Part shown: piece by piece, positions 30,392 through 40,739 of the stretch
How positions within the stretch are numbered: the first letter of the stretch is position 1
How the letters are laid out: each line of letters begins with the position of its first letter
Assembly (NCBI GenBank): GCA_965214935.1
Contig: CBDCCS010000010.1
Location: 234,105-298,104 of the forward strand
Direction of reading: 5' to 3'
Source of the DNA: Candidatus Velthaea sp.
GTDB lineage: Bacteria > Vulcanimicrobiota > Vulcanimicrobiia > Vulcanimicrobiales > Vulcanimicrobiaceae
DNA: 64,000 nucleotides
Notes under the pieces: generated by a model
Database searches by the model: none
Told to the model about the DNA's origin: nothing
Seen by the model: the letters and a program-made list of their open reading frames with translations, nothing else
Made by a program: the position numbers and the translations under genes

Positions 30392-33300
30392 ACTGCACGT
30401 ACAAGCGGAACGTCGTCGGTGAACCCAGCGCGCCGTATTGCCCGACGGTCGGAACGTAAAACGCCGAGTAAGGATTCCAATTTGTCGTCACTGCCGGATA
30501 GTATCCCGGAAACGCGACGGCTTGCGGGTTTTGGCCGGTCAACGGTCCGCCGATGCCGGTCAAGACCGGATAGTAGTTGTTGCTGACCAGCGGCGTTCCG
30601 TATTGCTCGTTGTTGAAGATATTGAGCACTTGCAGGCCGAGCGTCGTGCGCGAACCTTGCGGTTGATATTCGATCGTCAGATTACCGGTGATTTGCGGGC
30701 GCGACAGTTGTCCGCCGGCCGAAGCCGATTCCTTGTTACCGCGCGTCGCTGCGATATTCGGTGCAAAGACGCTGCCGGGATTCGCCGGATCGATGTACTG
30801 TGACGTTGCGCCCGGCGCAAATTGGTCGGTGATATTCGTGGTCGGCACGTTGACGGCTGCACCATTGATGAATGCCGGCGTGATCAAGCCGGAGCCAAAG
30901 GGATAACCGACATTGAGATTGAGGACGGGGTTGATGCGCAACCCGTTACGTGCCTTGTAGGAAACGCCGACGCGCGTCGTCAGCGGACTGATGAAACCCG
31001 CCCGATAGATGCTGCCCAGCGCGAAGGCCGGTGCAGGGATGAGCGCATTGCCGTCTTGTGGCGTCGGATTCGCGCTGTCGGGCGGAGTGGTCGTGAACTC
31101 GTTGACGTACGACACGCTGACGAAACCGCCGAAACCATAGCGGCGTTCCGGAAGCGTATATTGCAGATCGACGCCTGTCGTCGTGCTGCGTCCGATATTT
31201 AAGTAGACGAACGACCCGGTTTGAAAAACACCGGTTGTCGGATTGAACACCAGCGGCGCCGTGGTGGCATTGATGCCGTAACCTTGTTTTACATACGGCG
31301 CTATCTTGACGGCCGAACCGTTGTGAAACTGGTGCCCGTAACTGAAATCGATATTATCGTAGACGCCCGGATGCGTCGGCACGATTTCGGGAAAAAACGA
31401 GTCGTTCACGAAATACAACAGGTCGGCGTAATTGTTGCACGGCTTGCCGAGTTGCAGTGTCGAGCCGACCGAACCGTTGTACGATGGTTTCGATCCGGCT
31501 GTCGCACCGCGCGGAAACGGTACGTACGGGTAGCAGTTGGCGTTGCCGACCGGCACCGATGCGCCGGTCGCCGGATCGCTCGTCGGAATAAAATTCGGAT
31601 TGAGCGGAACGCTGCTGAACGGTTGAAACGCTTCGCGCGAATTTGGACTCGAACAGCAGTTGTAAATGATCGAACGGCCGTAGCTCAAGCTGATACTATC
31701 GGATCTCGAGAGCAGGTACGACGCACCGTAGCGCGGTTCGAGATAATGCGGCGTCTCGATGAACGCATAATTCGGCACGTAATAGGTAAGCGGCGATCCG
31801 GGCACGGGTTGAATGTTTTCGTCCTGATTGAACAGCGTATTGCCGTAGCCCTGATTGATGAGGTCGTAATGCGCGCCAACGTCCAAACGTAGCCGGCTGT
31901 TAAGTTGGAATTGATCGCGAAAGCCGAGGCCGTAGCGATTGAGCAACCGCGCTTGAGCGAGATCGAGCGGCGGGACCGTCGGCGTTCCACCTTTGCTGTA
32001 GAAGAACTGTTGGAGATAACAGCCGCCGGCCACCGGACACGGATTGGTTGCACTGACCGGCGCATTGGGATCGGCGGGCCGCAAGAAGTCGACGGCATTG
32101 GGACCGATCGCCTGCAGACCTTCGTAGGGCGACTCGAACGAAAAAACCGGACGGTCGAAGTCGAAGCTGCCCGAGAGTGTCAGTAAGTTGCGGCGGTCCA
32201 GCTGTTTGTCAAGCTCGAAGCTTCCACCGGTACGCGAACCGCCGATTTCCGATGCCTGTGAATTGATTGCAGCAATACCCTGCGACGTAGCGCCATCGGG
32301 ATAATTGTATTCGTAATTGCTGGTGTGGAAATACCGCACGGCAAGGTTCGTCGTCGAATCTAGCGCGTTATCGTACTCGACCTTCATGATGTTCGAGTTG
32401 TTATTGAAAACCGTCGGGTTGATAAGCTGTTGCGTGACCGACGTTTGCGTTTTCTCAAAGCCGAGGATGCTTTGAATTTGCGGTATCGTCAACCCATTGG
32501 GTGCAACCGTCGCGTTGATCGTAAAGGGTTGAACGGCCGCCAGCAAGTCCGGCGCGTTCGATGGATAGTAGAGCTTGAGTCCACCAAGATTACCCTGCTC
32601 GAGATCGTAATGATTCTCGTAAAGGACCTGCAGCGATTCATTTTTGGTATGGCCGAAGCGAAACACGAAGTTGTTGATGAAGTCGTTCGTTGCACGATAG
32701 GAACCGCCGCCCGCTAAAGCGTTGCTGCCGTAAAGCGCGTTGTTCGACGCGGCGGTCGATCCCCATGGCCCGACCTGCAAATCGTAGCGGTCGCCGATGA
32801 ATGAGACGTAATCTGAAAAGCGCCCGTCGCGGGTTGCCGCGCCGTACTCAAAATTAAACTGGTGATCGAACGGTCGTCCAACGGCTTCGAGATCGAGCGT
32901 CCCGGTAGCCGGATAGGTGCCGCGTTTGATGAGCAGATTGACGACGCCGGCGCCGGCGTTGCCCTGACTCGGGTCGCCGGCACCCGGAACGACTTGTATC
33001 GCGCGAACACCATTGGCGAAGTTCGGTGCAATGCTGTTCCCGTATTGCGGCTCGGTGAGGTCGATGCCGTCGAGCTGGTAACCGATCTGGTTTGCCTGAC
33101 TTCCTTGAAGCACCAGATTGCCATACGTGTCTTGCTGAAAACCCGGTGCGGCAAGCAGCGCGGAAGAAAGATCGGGATTCGACGTTTTGCCTTGTGCCGC
33201 TTCGAGTTGCTGACCGCCGATGGTGAATTGCGGTACTGTTTGGTTCGGCGTGAACGCACTCGATACGGACCGCGCGGTGACGTTCCCGATCCGTTTAAGC

Positions 33301-33683
33301 GCGCGTTGCAAACGTACCGATCCCAGCGACGTCGTATCGCCACCCGGCACCGTTACGCCCGCTTGCGTCAATAGTGCAAAGCCCGGCACGTCGATTCCGA
33401 TCGTGTACGTATCGGACAGCACACCTAGCAGATTGAAGTAACCCGCCGCGTCGGTTTTAACCGTATAGCTGCTCTGCGCGGAAAGGAGCCGCACCATTAC
33501 ACCGGCAATCGGCTTGCCCGTATCGTCGAGCACGCGGCCGTTGATGTTACCGGTTTGACCGCCGACGGCAAACGCCGGTCGCGTTGAAGCAAGCAACATA
33601 AACGCGCACAGCACCGCCGCTAACAGACCGCGGGAAATCGGCAAACCGGCGGCGATAAACGCTCGACCGTAGCAATCGAACAC
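30381..33683 (-). CDS. TonB-dependent receptor-like beta-barrel with N-terminal carboxypeptidase-regulatory-like domain
   Basis: GNINGRVLDDTGKPIAGV; plug-like YQLDGI...GAGVVNL; EPRYGASY; terminal strand FRLYVQYAL; SD AAGGAG 7 nt before GTG 33683. Confidence 0.8.
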   Translation of the reverse strand: MFDCYGRAFIAAGLPISRGLLAAVLCAFMLLASTRPAFAVGGQTGNINGRVLDDTGKPIAGVMVRLLSAQSSYTVKTDAAGYFNLLGVLSDTYTIGIDVPGFALLTQAGVTVPGGDTTSLGSVRLQRALKRIGNVTARSVSSAFTPNQTVPQFTIGGQQLEAAQGKTSNPDLSSALLAAPGFQQDTYGNLVLQGSQANQIGYQLDGIDLTEPQYGNSIAPNFANGVRAIQVVPGAGDPSQGNAGAGVVNLLIKRGTYPATGTLDLEAVGRPFDHQFNFEYGAATRDGRFSDYVSFIGDRYDLQVGPWGSTAASNNALYGSNALAGGGSYRATNDFINNFVFRFGHTKNESLQVLYENHYDLEQGNLGGLKLYYPSNAPDLLAAVQPFTINATVAPNGLTIPQIQSILGFEKTQTSVTQQLINPTVFNNNSNIMKVEYDNALDSTTNLAVRYFHTSNYEYNYPDGATSQGIAAINSQASEIGGSRTGGSFELDKQLDRRNLLTLSGSFDFDRPVFSFESPYEGLQAIGPNAVDFLRPADPNAPVSATNPCPVAGGCYLQQFFYSKGGTPTVPPLDLAQARLLNRYGLGFRDQFQLNSRLRLDVGAHYDLINQGYGNTLFNQDENIQPVPGSPLTYYVPNYAFIETPHYLEPRYGASYLLSRSDSISLSYGRSIIYNCCSSPNSREAFQPFSSVPLNPNFIPTSDPATGASVPVGNANCYPYVPFPRGATAGSKPSYNGSVGSTLQLGKPCNNYADLLYFVNDSFFPEIVPTHPGVYDNIDFSYGHQFHNGSAVKIAPYVKQGYGINATTAPLVFNPTTGVFQTGSFVYLNIGRSTTTGVDLQYTLPERRYGFGGFVSVSYVNEFTTTPPDSANPTPQDGNALIPAPAFALGSIYRAGFISPLTTRVGVSYKARNGLRINPVLNLNVGYPFGSGLITPAFINGAAVNVPTTNITDQFAPGATSQYIDPANPGSVFAPNIAATRGNKESASAGGQLSRPQITGNLTIEYQPQGSRTTLGLQVLNIFNNEQYGTPLVSNNYYPVLTGIGGPLTGQNPQAVAFPGYYPAVTTNWNPYSAFYVPTVGQYGALGSPTTFRLYVQYAL

Positions 33684-34145
33684 CAACAAACTCCTTTTAT
33701 GGATGCGAGGAACACGATGCGCGATTGCGTGACGAGCGATCGACAAACCCTCGCTGCATGCCTGAACGGGTGCAGCAGCGTCGTGCGCCGTCACGCTCGA
33801 ACAAACCAATCGTAGTCAAGCGCGCTTGCCGCGCGCCGAAGCCTTGAAATCTCGGCTTAGGTCAAGTGCAGCAATGGCTCAAGCAACGTGCGCGCTGTGC
33901 GCGCAACCGGTCGAGCGTTGCATTCGATCGCTCTTCCTTGGTGCACGACGCAAGCGTGGCGTCAGCGGCGAGCCGATGCAATCGTGCATGCACCGCTGCA
34001 TGACGAACGAGTGCGTCAATAAATGTATCCGCTCACGAACGATCGCCATTGACGACTACGCTAAGCGAAGCAAATTATCACTGTCTATGGCCAGCTGGCT
34101 AATCAAGTTCGCGCAGTTTCGCAAGCACGGCGTACGACGGCACGT

Positions 34146-35357
34146 TCAAGCAACGGTGCCGGCCGCGGCAAATGCAATTGCGCCGGCTTGCACGACGAGC
34201 CGCACGTTGCGCAAAGCCGAGATGTCGTCGAGCGGATCGCCCGTCACGGCAACGAGATCGGCTCGCATTCCGGGCGCAATCGTACCGCTGTCGGGCAGGT
34301 CGCCGACGCGCGCCGCAATCGCCGTTGCGCTTTCGAGCGCCTCGCGCGGCGTGCGCCCGTAACGAACCAACGCCTCAAGTTCACGCACGTTATCACCGTG
34401 GGCGAAAACACCGACGTCGCTGCCGTTCGCAATCGTTACGCCGGCGTCGACGGCGGCTTGAAACGAAGCGCGCTTCGCTTGCAGATCCATGCTGCCCAAG
34501 CCGTACGCGCTGACTGCTTCATGTGCCGAAATCGTCGGACACAACGCGACTCCACGTTCGGCCATCAGTGCGAAGACCGCCGGCGTCCCGGCATCGCCGT
34601 GTTCGATCGTGCGAACTCCCGCGAGTGCGGCGCGCCGCATGCCTTCGGCGCTCGCACAGTGAGCCGCGACATGGCGGCCGGATGACTCCGCGATCGCAAC
34701 GACGAGTTCCAGCTCGGCCGGCGTGAAGGTCGGATACGCTTCGCCGCGCGGTCCCCAGCGTGTATCGGCATAGATCTTGATCCAATCGGCGCCATGTCCG
34801 ATTTGGTCCCGCACGACACGCGACAACGTATCGACGCCGTCGGCTTCCTCGGCACCAAGCATCGGACACGCGCACTCGGGAGCGAAGCCTTTCGGCCCGT
34901 AGGAACCGGTTGCGACGATTGCTTTTGTCGTTACGCGCAAGCGCGGGCCGGGGATGATGGCTTGCTCGACGGCCGCACGGAGACCGACGTCGGCAAAACC
35001 CGCACCTTCGGTGCCGAGGTCGCGCAGCGTGGTGAAACCGGCAACCAGGGTTGCTCGCAACGCAGTTGTCGCGCGCGCGATGCGCAAGCCAAGCGGCTCG
35101 TGCAACACTTGGTCGTTCCAGGCGACGCGATCGTACGGCGTCAAGAGCACGTGCGAGTGCAGATCGATCAGGCCCGGCACGAGTGTCGATCCGGACAGTT
35201 CGACGCTGCGAGCATCGGCGCACGGCGGCAACGTTGCGGCCGGTCCGAGAGCGGCGATCAGCTCTCCGTCGACGAGCACCCACCAGCCGCGTTGCGCATC
35301 GCCATGCCCGGTGAACACTGCATCGGGCTTAAGCAACAGCCGCACCGCTGCGTTCAT
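34146..35357 (-). CDS. Metal-dependent amidohydrolase (Xaa-Pro dipeptidase-like)
   Basis: PGLIDLHSH, GFTTLRDLG, DWIKIY, AAHC, IEHG and GSD; ATGA-coupled to the upstream gene. Confidence 0.9.
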   Translation of the reverse strand: MNAAVRLLLKPDAVFTGHGDAQRGWWVLVDGELIAALGPAATLPPCADARSVELSGSTLVPGLIDLHSHVLLTPYDRVAWNDQVLHEPLGLRIARATTALRATLVAGFTTLRDLGTEGAGFADVGLRAAVEQAIIPGPRLRVTTKAIVATGSYGPKGFAPECACPMLGAEEADGVDTLSRVVRDQIGHGADWIKIYADTRWGPRGEAYPTFTPAELELVVAIAESSGRHVAAHCASAEGMRRAALAGVRTIEHGDAGTPAVFALMAERGVALCPTISAHEAVSAYGLGSMDLQAKRASFQAAVDAGVTIANGSDVGVFAHGDNVRELEALVRYGRTPREALESATAIAARVGDLPDSGTIAPGMRADLVAVTGDPLDDISALRNVRLVVQAGAIAFAAAGTVA

Positions 35358-36946
35358 TTCCATTGCCACGTGTAAACATTCCAAAGGTCGGAGTTGACGG
35401 TCTCCGGTTTTACGCCGCGCAAATCGCCGCTCCACGCATAGAGAAACCGTTCCCAAAGCACCGGTATCATCGGCGCCTGCTGCGTCAAGCGGTCCTGCAT
35501 TTTTGCCACGATGCGCCGCCGGAGCGCGACGTTGTCGGCGGCGCGCGACTCGCTCAGCCAACGATCGACGTCCGGATCGCTAAAGCGCGAATAATTCGAT
35601 CCACGCGGCGGCAAGGCGGTGGTTGCAATGTTATCGGCAATGTCGGGCCGTGCAAGTTCACCATAGTTCACGAAGGCCAGTGCAAAATTGCCGCTTTGCA
35701 GAATCCCGCCCGGCGCGAAGATAACCGTTGATTGCACCGGCCGTAATTCAACGTTCCCGCCGATCGCGCGCCATGTCGCCTGCAAGGCGATCGCGGCGTT
35801 GACCAGCACGGTCTGCCCAGCAACGGTCGTGAGCGCAAAGGAAAGCGGAACGCCGCTTTTGCTGCGCATACCGTCACGGCCGGCGTGCCAGCCGGCGGCA
35901 TCGAGTAAACGGCGCGCTGCAGCGAGATCATTTTGGGTGCCGGTCGGCGGGGAATAGAATCGCGACCACGGCGGAACGAAAGCGTCGGCGACGACCGCGG
36001 CGCCGTGATAGGTATTGTCCGCTAACGACCGCCGGTCGATCGCTAGTCCGAATGCGCGCCGGACTCGGACATCATCGAATGGTGCGGCGTGTATGTTTGC
36101 AACGACGTAATCGAGGTAGTACGCCGGAACCAGCCGCACCGTCAACGCGGACGAGTTAACGAATGCCGAACGTTGGGTGAGCGGCAGGCTCTGTACGAAG
36201 TCGAGTTCGCCCGTACGCTTTTGCAACGCCAAGGTGTTCTGATCGGGAACGAAGGCGATATGGATGTGGTCGATATGCGGCGCGCCGCGAAAATACGCCG
36301 GATTGGCGCGCAGCTCGAGGCCGTAACCGCGGTCCCAACGCTCGACGCGATATGGTCCCGTGCCGATCGGCATGCCGCCGAACGGTGCCGAACGCAGATC
36401 GGTGACGTTGCGCAGCAGATGCTCGGGAATAATCATGCCGAACTCGCCGTTAACGAACAGCTGCCACGTCGCGTCCGCCGACGCCGCATGCAGCGTAATG
36501 ACGACGGTGTAAGGATCGGGCGCGCGCAGATCTTTGATAATTGAGAACCAGCTGCCGAGCGCGAAGGGAACGCGCGGATCGCGGATTTTCTCGAACGTAA
36601 AGACGACGTCTCGCGCGCTGAACGGGACGCCGTCTTGCCACCGAACGTTGTGCCGTAAGTGATACGTTAGCGTCTTACCGTCCGCGCTTATGCCGCCGTT
36701 GGCTTTCGTCGGAACCACCTGCGCTAGATCCGGCTGCAGATCACCGTGGTCGTCTACGACGGTCAACCCGCTAAATAGTGCTTCTTCAATGTAGTTCTCG
36801 ATGTACTGCGTCGACACGATCGGATCGAGCGTATTGGGTGCGACCGGCAAGCCGATGCGCAGTTCACGCTGCGGCCCGATGCCCGTCAACAGCAGTGCAG
36901 CAACAACGAGCACGTACCGAAGCGCGCTTACAAAACGAAAGAACAC
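35354..36946 (-). CDS. Family 5 ABC substrate-binding protein
   Basis: WQDGVPFSARDVVFT, PIGTGPY and DDVRVRRA; start GTG 36946. Confidence 0.9.
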   Translation of the reverse strand: MFFRFVSALRYVLVVAALLLTGIGPQRELRIGLPVAPNTLDPIVSTQYIENYIEEALFSGLTVVDDHGDLQPDLAQVVPTKANGGISADGKTLTYHLRHNVRWQDGVPFSARDVVFTFEKIRDPRVPFALGSWFSIIKDLRAPDPYTVVITLHAASADATWQLFVNGEFGMIIPEHLLRNVTDLRSAPFGGMPIGTGPYRVERWDRGYGLELRANPAYFRGAPHIDHIHIAFVPDQNTLALQKRTGELDFVQSLPLTQRSAFVNSSALTVRLVPAYYLDYVVANIHAAPFDDVRVRRAFGLAIDRRSLADNTYHGAAVVADAFVPPWSRFYSPPTGTQNDLAAARRLLDAAGWHAGRDGMRSKSGVPLSFALTTVAGQTVLVNAAIALQATWRAIGGNVELRPVQSTVIFAPGGILQSGNFALAFVNYGELARPDIADNIATTALPPRGSNYSRFSDPDVDRWLSESRAADNVALRRRIVAKMQDRLTQQAPMIPVLWERFLYAWSGDLRGVKPETVNSDLWNVYTWQWK

Positions 36947-36960
36947 CGGGCAAATATTCG

Positions 36961-38193
36961 TCAACCGGCCGAAACGACCGTCCGCATACGGCGTGCGAGT
37001 TGCGTGTCGAGCGCATCGAGGAACGCCTGCGTGTCGAGATACGGCTGATCGTGACCGACGAGCAGCGCAAGATCTTTGGTCATTACACCGCTTTCGACCG
37101 TATCGACACAAACGCGTTCGAGCGTTTGAGCGAAGGTGACGACGTCGGGTGTGTCGTCGACCTTGCCGCGATGTTCCAAACCGCGCGTCCAAGCGAAGAT
37201 CGACGCGATTGGATTGGTCGACGTGGCGCGGCCTTTACAATGTTCGCGATAATGACGGGTGACCGTCCCATGAGCCGCTTCGGCTTCGATAGTCGCTCCA
37301 TCCGGCGTCATGAGCACCGACGACATGAGCCCGAGCGAGCCGAAGCCTTGTGCGACGGTGTCGGACTGCACGTCGCCATCGTAATTTTTGCAGGCCCAGA
37401 CGAAATTGCCCGACCACTTGAGCGCCGCTGCGACCATATCGTCGATCAGCCGATGTTCGTACGTGAGGCCGGCAGCGCCGAACCGCGCTTGGAATTCGCT
37501 TGCATAGATCTCAGCGAAGATGTCTTTGAAGCGCCCGTCGTAGGCTTTGAGAATCGTATTTTTCGTTGATAGATAGACCGGCCACTTCCGCAGCAAGCCG
37601 TAGTTAAGACAAGCGCGTGCAAAGCCGCGAATCGATTCATCGACGTTATACATCGAAAGCGCGACACCCGGACTCGTGAAGCTGAACACATCGCGCGCGA
37701 TCGGCGCTCCGCCATCCTCCGGCGTGAACGTCAGCACGAGCTTTCCGGCACCCGGCACGATGAAGTCGGTCGCCCGGTACTGGTCGCCGAACGCGTGCCG
37801 GCCGATGACGATCGGATCGGTCCAGCCCGGTACCAACTTTGGAATGTTCCGACAAATGATCGGTTCGCGAAAAACCGTTCCGTCGAGTTCGTTACGAATC
37901 GTGCCGTTGGGCGAGCGCCACATCTGTTTAAGTCCAAACTCCTTGACCCGGTCCTCATCCGGAGTGATCGTCGCACATTTCACGCCGACTCCGAACTCTT
38001 TGATCGCGCGCGCCGCATCGAGTGTTACGCGATCGTTTGTCGCGTCGCGATGTTCGATACCGAGATCGTAATAGCGCAAATCGATCGCCAGGTACGGCAA
38101 AATAAGCTTTGCTTTAATGAATTGCCAAATGATCCGGGTCATCTCATCGCCGTCGACCTCGACGACCGGATTTTTTACGCTAATCTTCGACAA
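36961..38193 (-). CDS. icd: NADP-dependent isocitrate dehydrogenase (eukaryote-like subfamily)
   Basis: [36 protein letters not shown] and [11 protein letters not shown]. Confidence 0.97.
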   Translation of the reverse strand: MSKISVKNPVVEVDGDEMTRIIWQFIKAKLILPYLAIDLRYYDLGIEHRDATNDRVTLDAARAIKEFGVGVKCATITPDEDRVKEFGLKQMWRSPNGTIRNELDGTVFREPIICRNIPKLVPGWTDPIVIGRHAFGDQYRATDFIVPGAGKLVLTFTPEDGGAPIARDVFSFTSPGVALSMYNVDESIRGFARACLNYGLLRKWPVYLSTKNTILKAYDGRFKDIFAEIYASEFQARFGAAGLTYEHRLIDDMVAAALKWSGNFVWACKNYDGDVQSDTVAQGFGSLGLMSSVLMTPDGATIEAEAAHGTVTRHYREHCKGRATSTNPIASIFAWTRGLEHRGKVDDTPDVVTFAQTLERVCVDTVESGVMTKDLALLVGHDQPYLDTQAFLDALDTQLARRMRTVVSAG

Positions 38194-38316
38194 GCCGATT
38201 CGTCTTTCGTCAAGCTCCGAGGTGCACGTCCGCGCTTTGAAGACGCTTGGAAAAGGCCTGCTGCAAAGCGCCGGGCCAAACGGGAAATGCGCCTGCCGTG
38301 CAACAACGTCGGACCG

Positions 38317-39270
38317 ATGCGCATCGTGAGCTTGCTGCCTAGCGTAACGGAGATCCTATTTGCCGTCGGTGCGGGCGATCGTGTCGTCGGCGTAACGCAC
38401 GAATGCGATTTTCCGCTTGCGGCACGATCTCTTCCGGTACTTACCGCATCGCTGTTGCCGCCCGCTTTGCACGAACCGGCTGCCGGCGACGCCGCGAACG
38501 GACGCGCAGCCCAAATCGATCGGCACGTTCGCGCGAGCGTTCACAGCGGTTCGAGTCTCTACGCGCTCGACGCTCCGCTTTTGGCGCAACTCGCGCCGGA
38601 CCTTATCATCACCCAAGAACTCTGTAAGGTGTGCGCCGTTTCGTACGACAGCGTTGCGCGTGCAGTGAAGCAGATGCGCGTTGCCGCCGGTAGTCCGGCG
38701 GTACTATCGCTCGAACCGTCGTCGCTCGAAGATGTCTATGCAACGATCCTAAGCGTCGGCACCTACAGCGATGCCGAGGCCGGTGCTCAGGCGCTCGTAA
38801 CGGAGCTGCGTCGTCGCGAGGATCGCTTACGCCGGCGACCGGTTTCCGAACGCTGCCGCGTGCTCGTGCTCGAGTGGACCGACCCGCCGATGAGCGGCGG
38901 CCACTGGACGCCGGAACTCGTCGAACTTGGCGGCGGTAGGCCCGTGTTGGCGAATCCGCTTAAGAACTCGGTGCGCATCGAATGGACGGCTATCGTTGCC
39001 GCCGATCCGGACGTCGTTATTGTTGCGCCGTGCGGCTACGATCTAGCAGCCGCACGCCAAGCCGTCCGAGAGCTCGACGTCAATCCGATTTGGCGCACGC
39101 TCCGTGCGGTACGGACGAATCGCGCATTCGCCATGGACGGCAATGCGTACGTCAATCGGCCCGGTCCACGCCTGTTAGACACAGCGGAAATCTTTGCTGC
39201 CGCGATCGGCGGAACGCCGCTACCGGCCGGCGCGATCGAGGCGCTTAGTTTGCGTTCGATCCCGCATTAA
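38317..39270 (+). CDS. BtuF/TroA-like cobalamin- or metal-complex-binding protein, no evident signal peptide
   Basis: [34 protein letters not shown] and NRPGPRL. Confidence 0.8.
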   Translation: MRIVSLLPSVTEILFAVGAGDRVVGVTHECDFPLAARSLPVLTASLLPPALHEPAAGDAANGRAAQIDRHVRASVHSGSSLYALDAPLLAQLAPDLIITQELCKVCAVSYDSVARAVKQMRVAAGSPAVLSLEPSSLEDVYATILSVGTYSDAEAGAQALVTELRRREDRLRRRPVSERCRVLVLEWTDPPMSGGHWTPELVELGGGRPVLANPLKNSVRIEWTAIVAADPDVVIVAPCGYDLAAARQAVRELDVNPIWRTLRAVRTNRAFAMDGNAYVNRPGPRLLDTAEIFAAAIGGTPLPAGAIEALSLRSIPH

Positions 39271-39793
39271 AGCGTTGCATCGACTCGTTGATGATCCGGC
39301 GCGCGTCGGCAGCATCGCTCCACGGACCGGTTTGCGTTTCTTTCCCTTCCAGTGCTTTATACGTCTCGAAGAAATGCGAGATCTTGCGCAGCTGGTGCGA
39401 AAAAATTTGCGTGTAATTATGGATGTCGGCGAAGTCGGGCTCACCGACCGGTACGGCGAGAACTTTGTCGTCTTCTTTTCCGCCGTCGACCATTTTAAGT
39501 AAGCCGATCGGACGTGCCGTAACTAAACATCCGCTAAAGGTCGCTTCCGAAACGAGGATGAGGACGTCGAGCGGATCGTCATCCAGTGCGAGCGTTCGCG
39601 GAACGAAGCCGTAGTCACCCGGATAAAAGATCGCCGAATGCAGCGCCCGGTCGAGCGTGAAGATGTCGAGCGCTTTATCATATTCATATTTATTACGAGA
39701 ACCGGACGGAATTTCTACGATCACATTGATTTCGTCCGGCGCACGGTCGCCGACCGGCAGTAAAAGGCGATTCTGTCGCACATCGAGAGTCAC
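39245..39793 (-). CDS. ppa: Inorganic diphosphatase (family I)
   Basis: EIPSGSRNKYE, YPGDYGF, DDDPLD and EDDK. Confidence 0.95.
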   Translation of the reverse strand: MTLDVRQNRLLLPVGDRAPDEINVIVEIPSGSRNKYEYDKALDIFTLDRALHSAIFYPGDYGFVPRTLALDDDPLDVLILVSEATFSGCLVTARPIGLLKMVDGGKEDDKVLAVPVGEPDFADIHNYTQIFSHQLRKISHFFETYKALEGKETQTGPWSDAADARRIINESMQRFNAGSNAN

Positions 39794-40025
39794 ACCGCCC
39801 GCCTTCCGCGTATCGAAGCGATGCCCTTGCGCTTAACCGGACATATCGTGCCGCGCAACAAAATTCCAAGCACGAAACTTACGTGCGGCACAATCATCAA
39901 TGCGATCGCACGCAAGTTAACGCGTTCGCCGTTGCACTCTCGCTGCGCCGGTGTATTACGCGGACGATACCTCACAGGTGGTCGACGGAGGCCCGGGTCG
40001 AAATCAAACAAATTAATTACTCTAA

Positions 40026-40739
40026 TTAGGGTGACGTAAAACGTAGACCGGCGAGGATGGCAGCTTCCGTACAAGCGATGAGAAAGCCGTACACGTCGCC
40101 GTTGAGCCGTCCGCCGAGTCGCGGTGCAATGGCGAACGCCGCTCCGAACGTACCGGCGCCCAACGCGATGAGCCAGGCTGCATGTCCCCAGTAACTCCAG
40201 CCGAGCGCAATGGTGAGCACCGCCATAACGGCGTGAGCGAGCGCCGGCGGCCGCTCGCGACGCGGCCCATACGGAAACACCCGAGCGACCGAAACGGCTG
40301 CCCAGCGCGCAGTGGCCGCAGCAAACGCCAAGGCGAGCGGCAAGCGCACCGGGTCGATGCACCACAAGGCTGCGAGCCAAATCGTGCACAGAACCGCAAA
40401 GTATGCGACGGCGAACGTGCCGTGGCGCGGGTCGTCCATGATTGCAAGCCGGCGCTCCGGTACGACGCTGGCAAAGACGGCGTCACACGAATCGAGAAAA
40501 CCGTCGATGTGGATGGCGCCCGTCAGGACGATCGAAAGCGCGAAAGCCGTCGCGACGACAAAGACATGCGGTGCAACGAGCGACATGGCCCACCCGCCCG
40601 TTCCGGCAAGGCCGCCGGTGACGGCGCCCACCAGCGGCAAATACACGAAGGTTCTTGCTTGCGGCGACGCCGTGCCGCTTCCGACAGGCAAGATTGAGAA
40701 GTTTGAAAATGCGGCGCGAATGGCGACGATCGCCGCTAC
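40026..40739 (-). CDS. cobS: Adenosylcobinamide-GDP ribazoletransferase
   Basis: TGAIHIDGFLDSCD, RLAIMDDPRHG and GGRLNGDVYG. CobS-like N-terminus extends upstream of TTG 40691, so the start is uncertain. Confidence 0.88.
   Translation of the reverse strand, partial: VAAIVAIRAAFSNFSILPVGSGTASPQARTFVYLPLVGAVTGGLAGTGGWAMSLVAPHVFVVATAFALSIVLTGAIHIDGFLDSCDAVFASVVPERRLAIMDDPRHGTFAVAYFAVLCTIWLAALWCIDPVRLPLALAFAAATARWAAVSVARVFPYGPRRERPPALAHAVMAVLTIALGWSYWGHAAWLIALGAGTFGAAFAIAPRLGGRLNGDVYGFLIACTEAAILAGLRFTSP

Noticed and set aside
33826..34362. 178-aa Cys-rich ORF
   Set aside because: Overlaps the amidohydrolase antisense, has no SD or motif, and has atypical composition.
39794..40025. AT-rich tract (AAATTAATTACTCTAATT) and a short hydrophobic reading frame between cobS and ppa
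   Set aside because: No clear operator palindrome or start signal; most simply the ppa promoter region.
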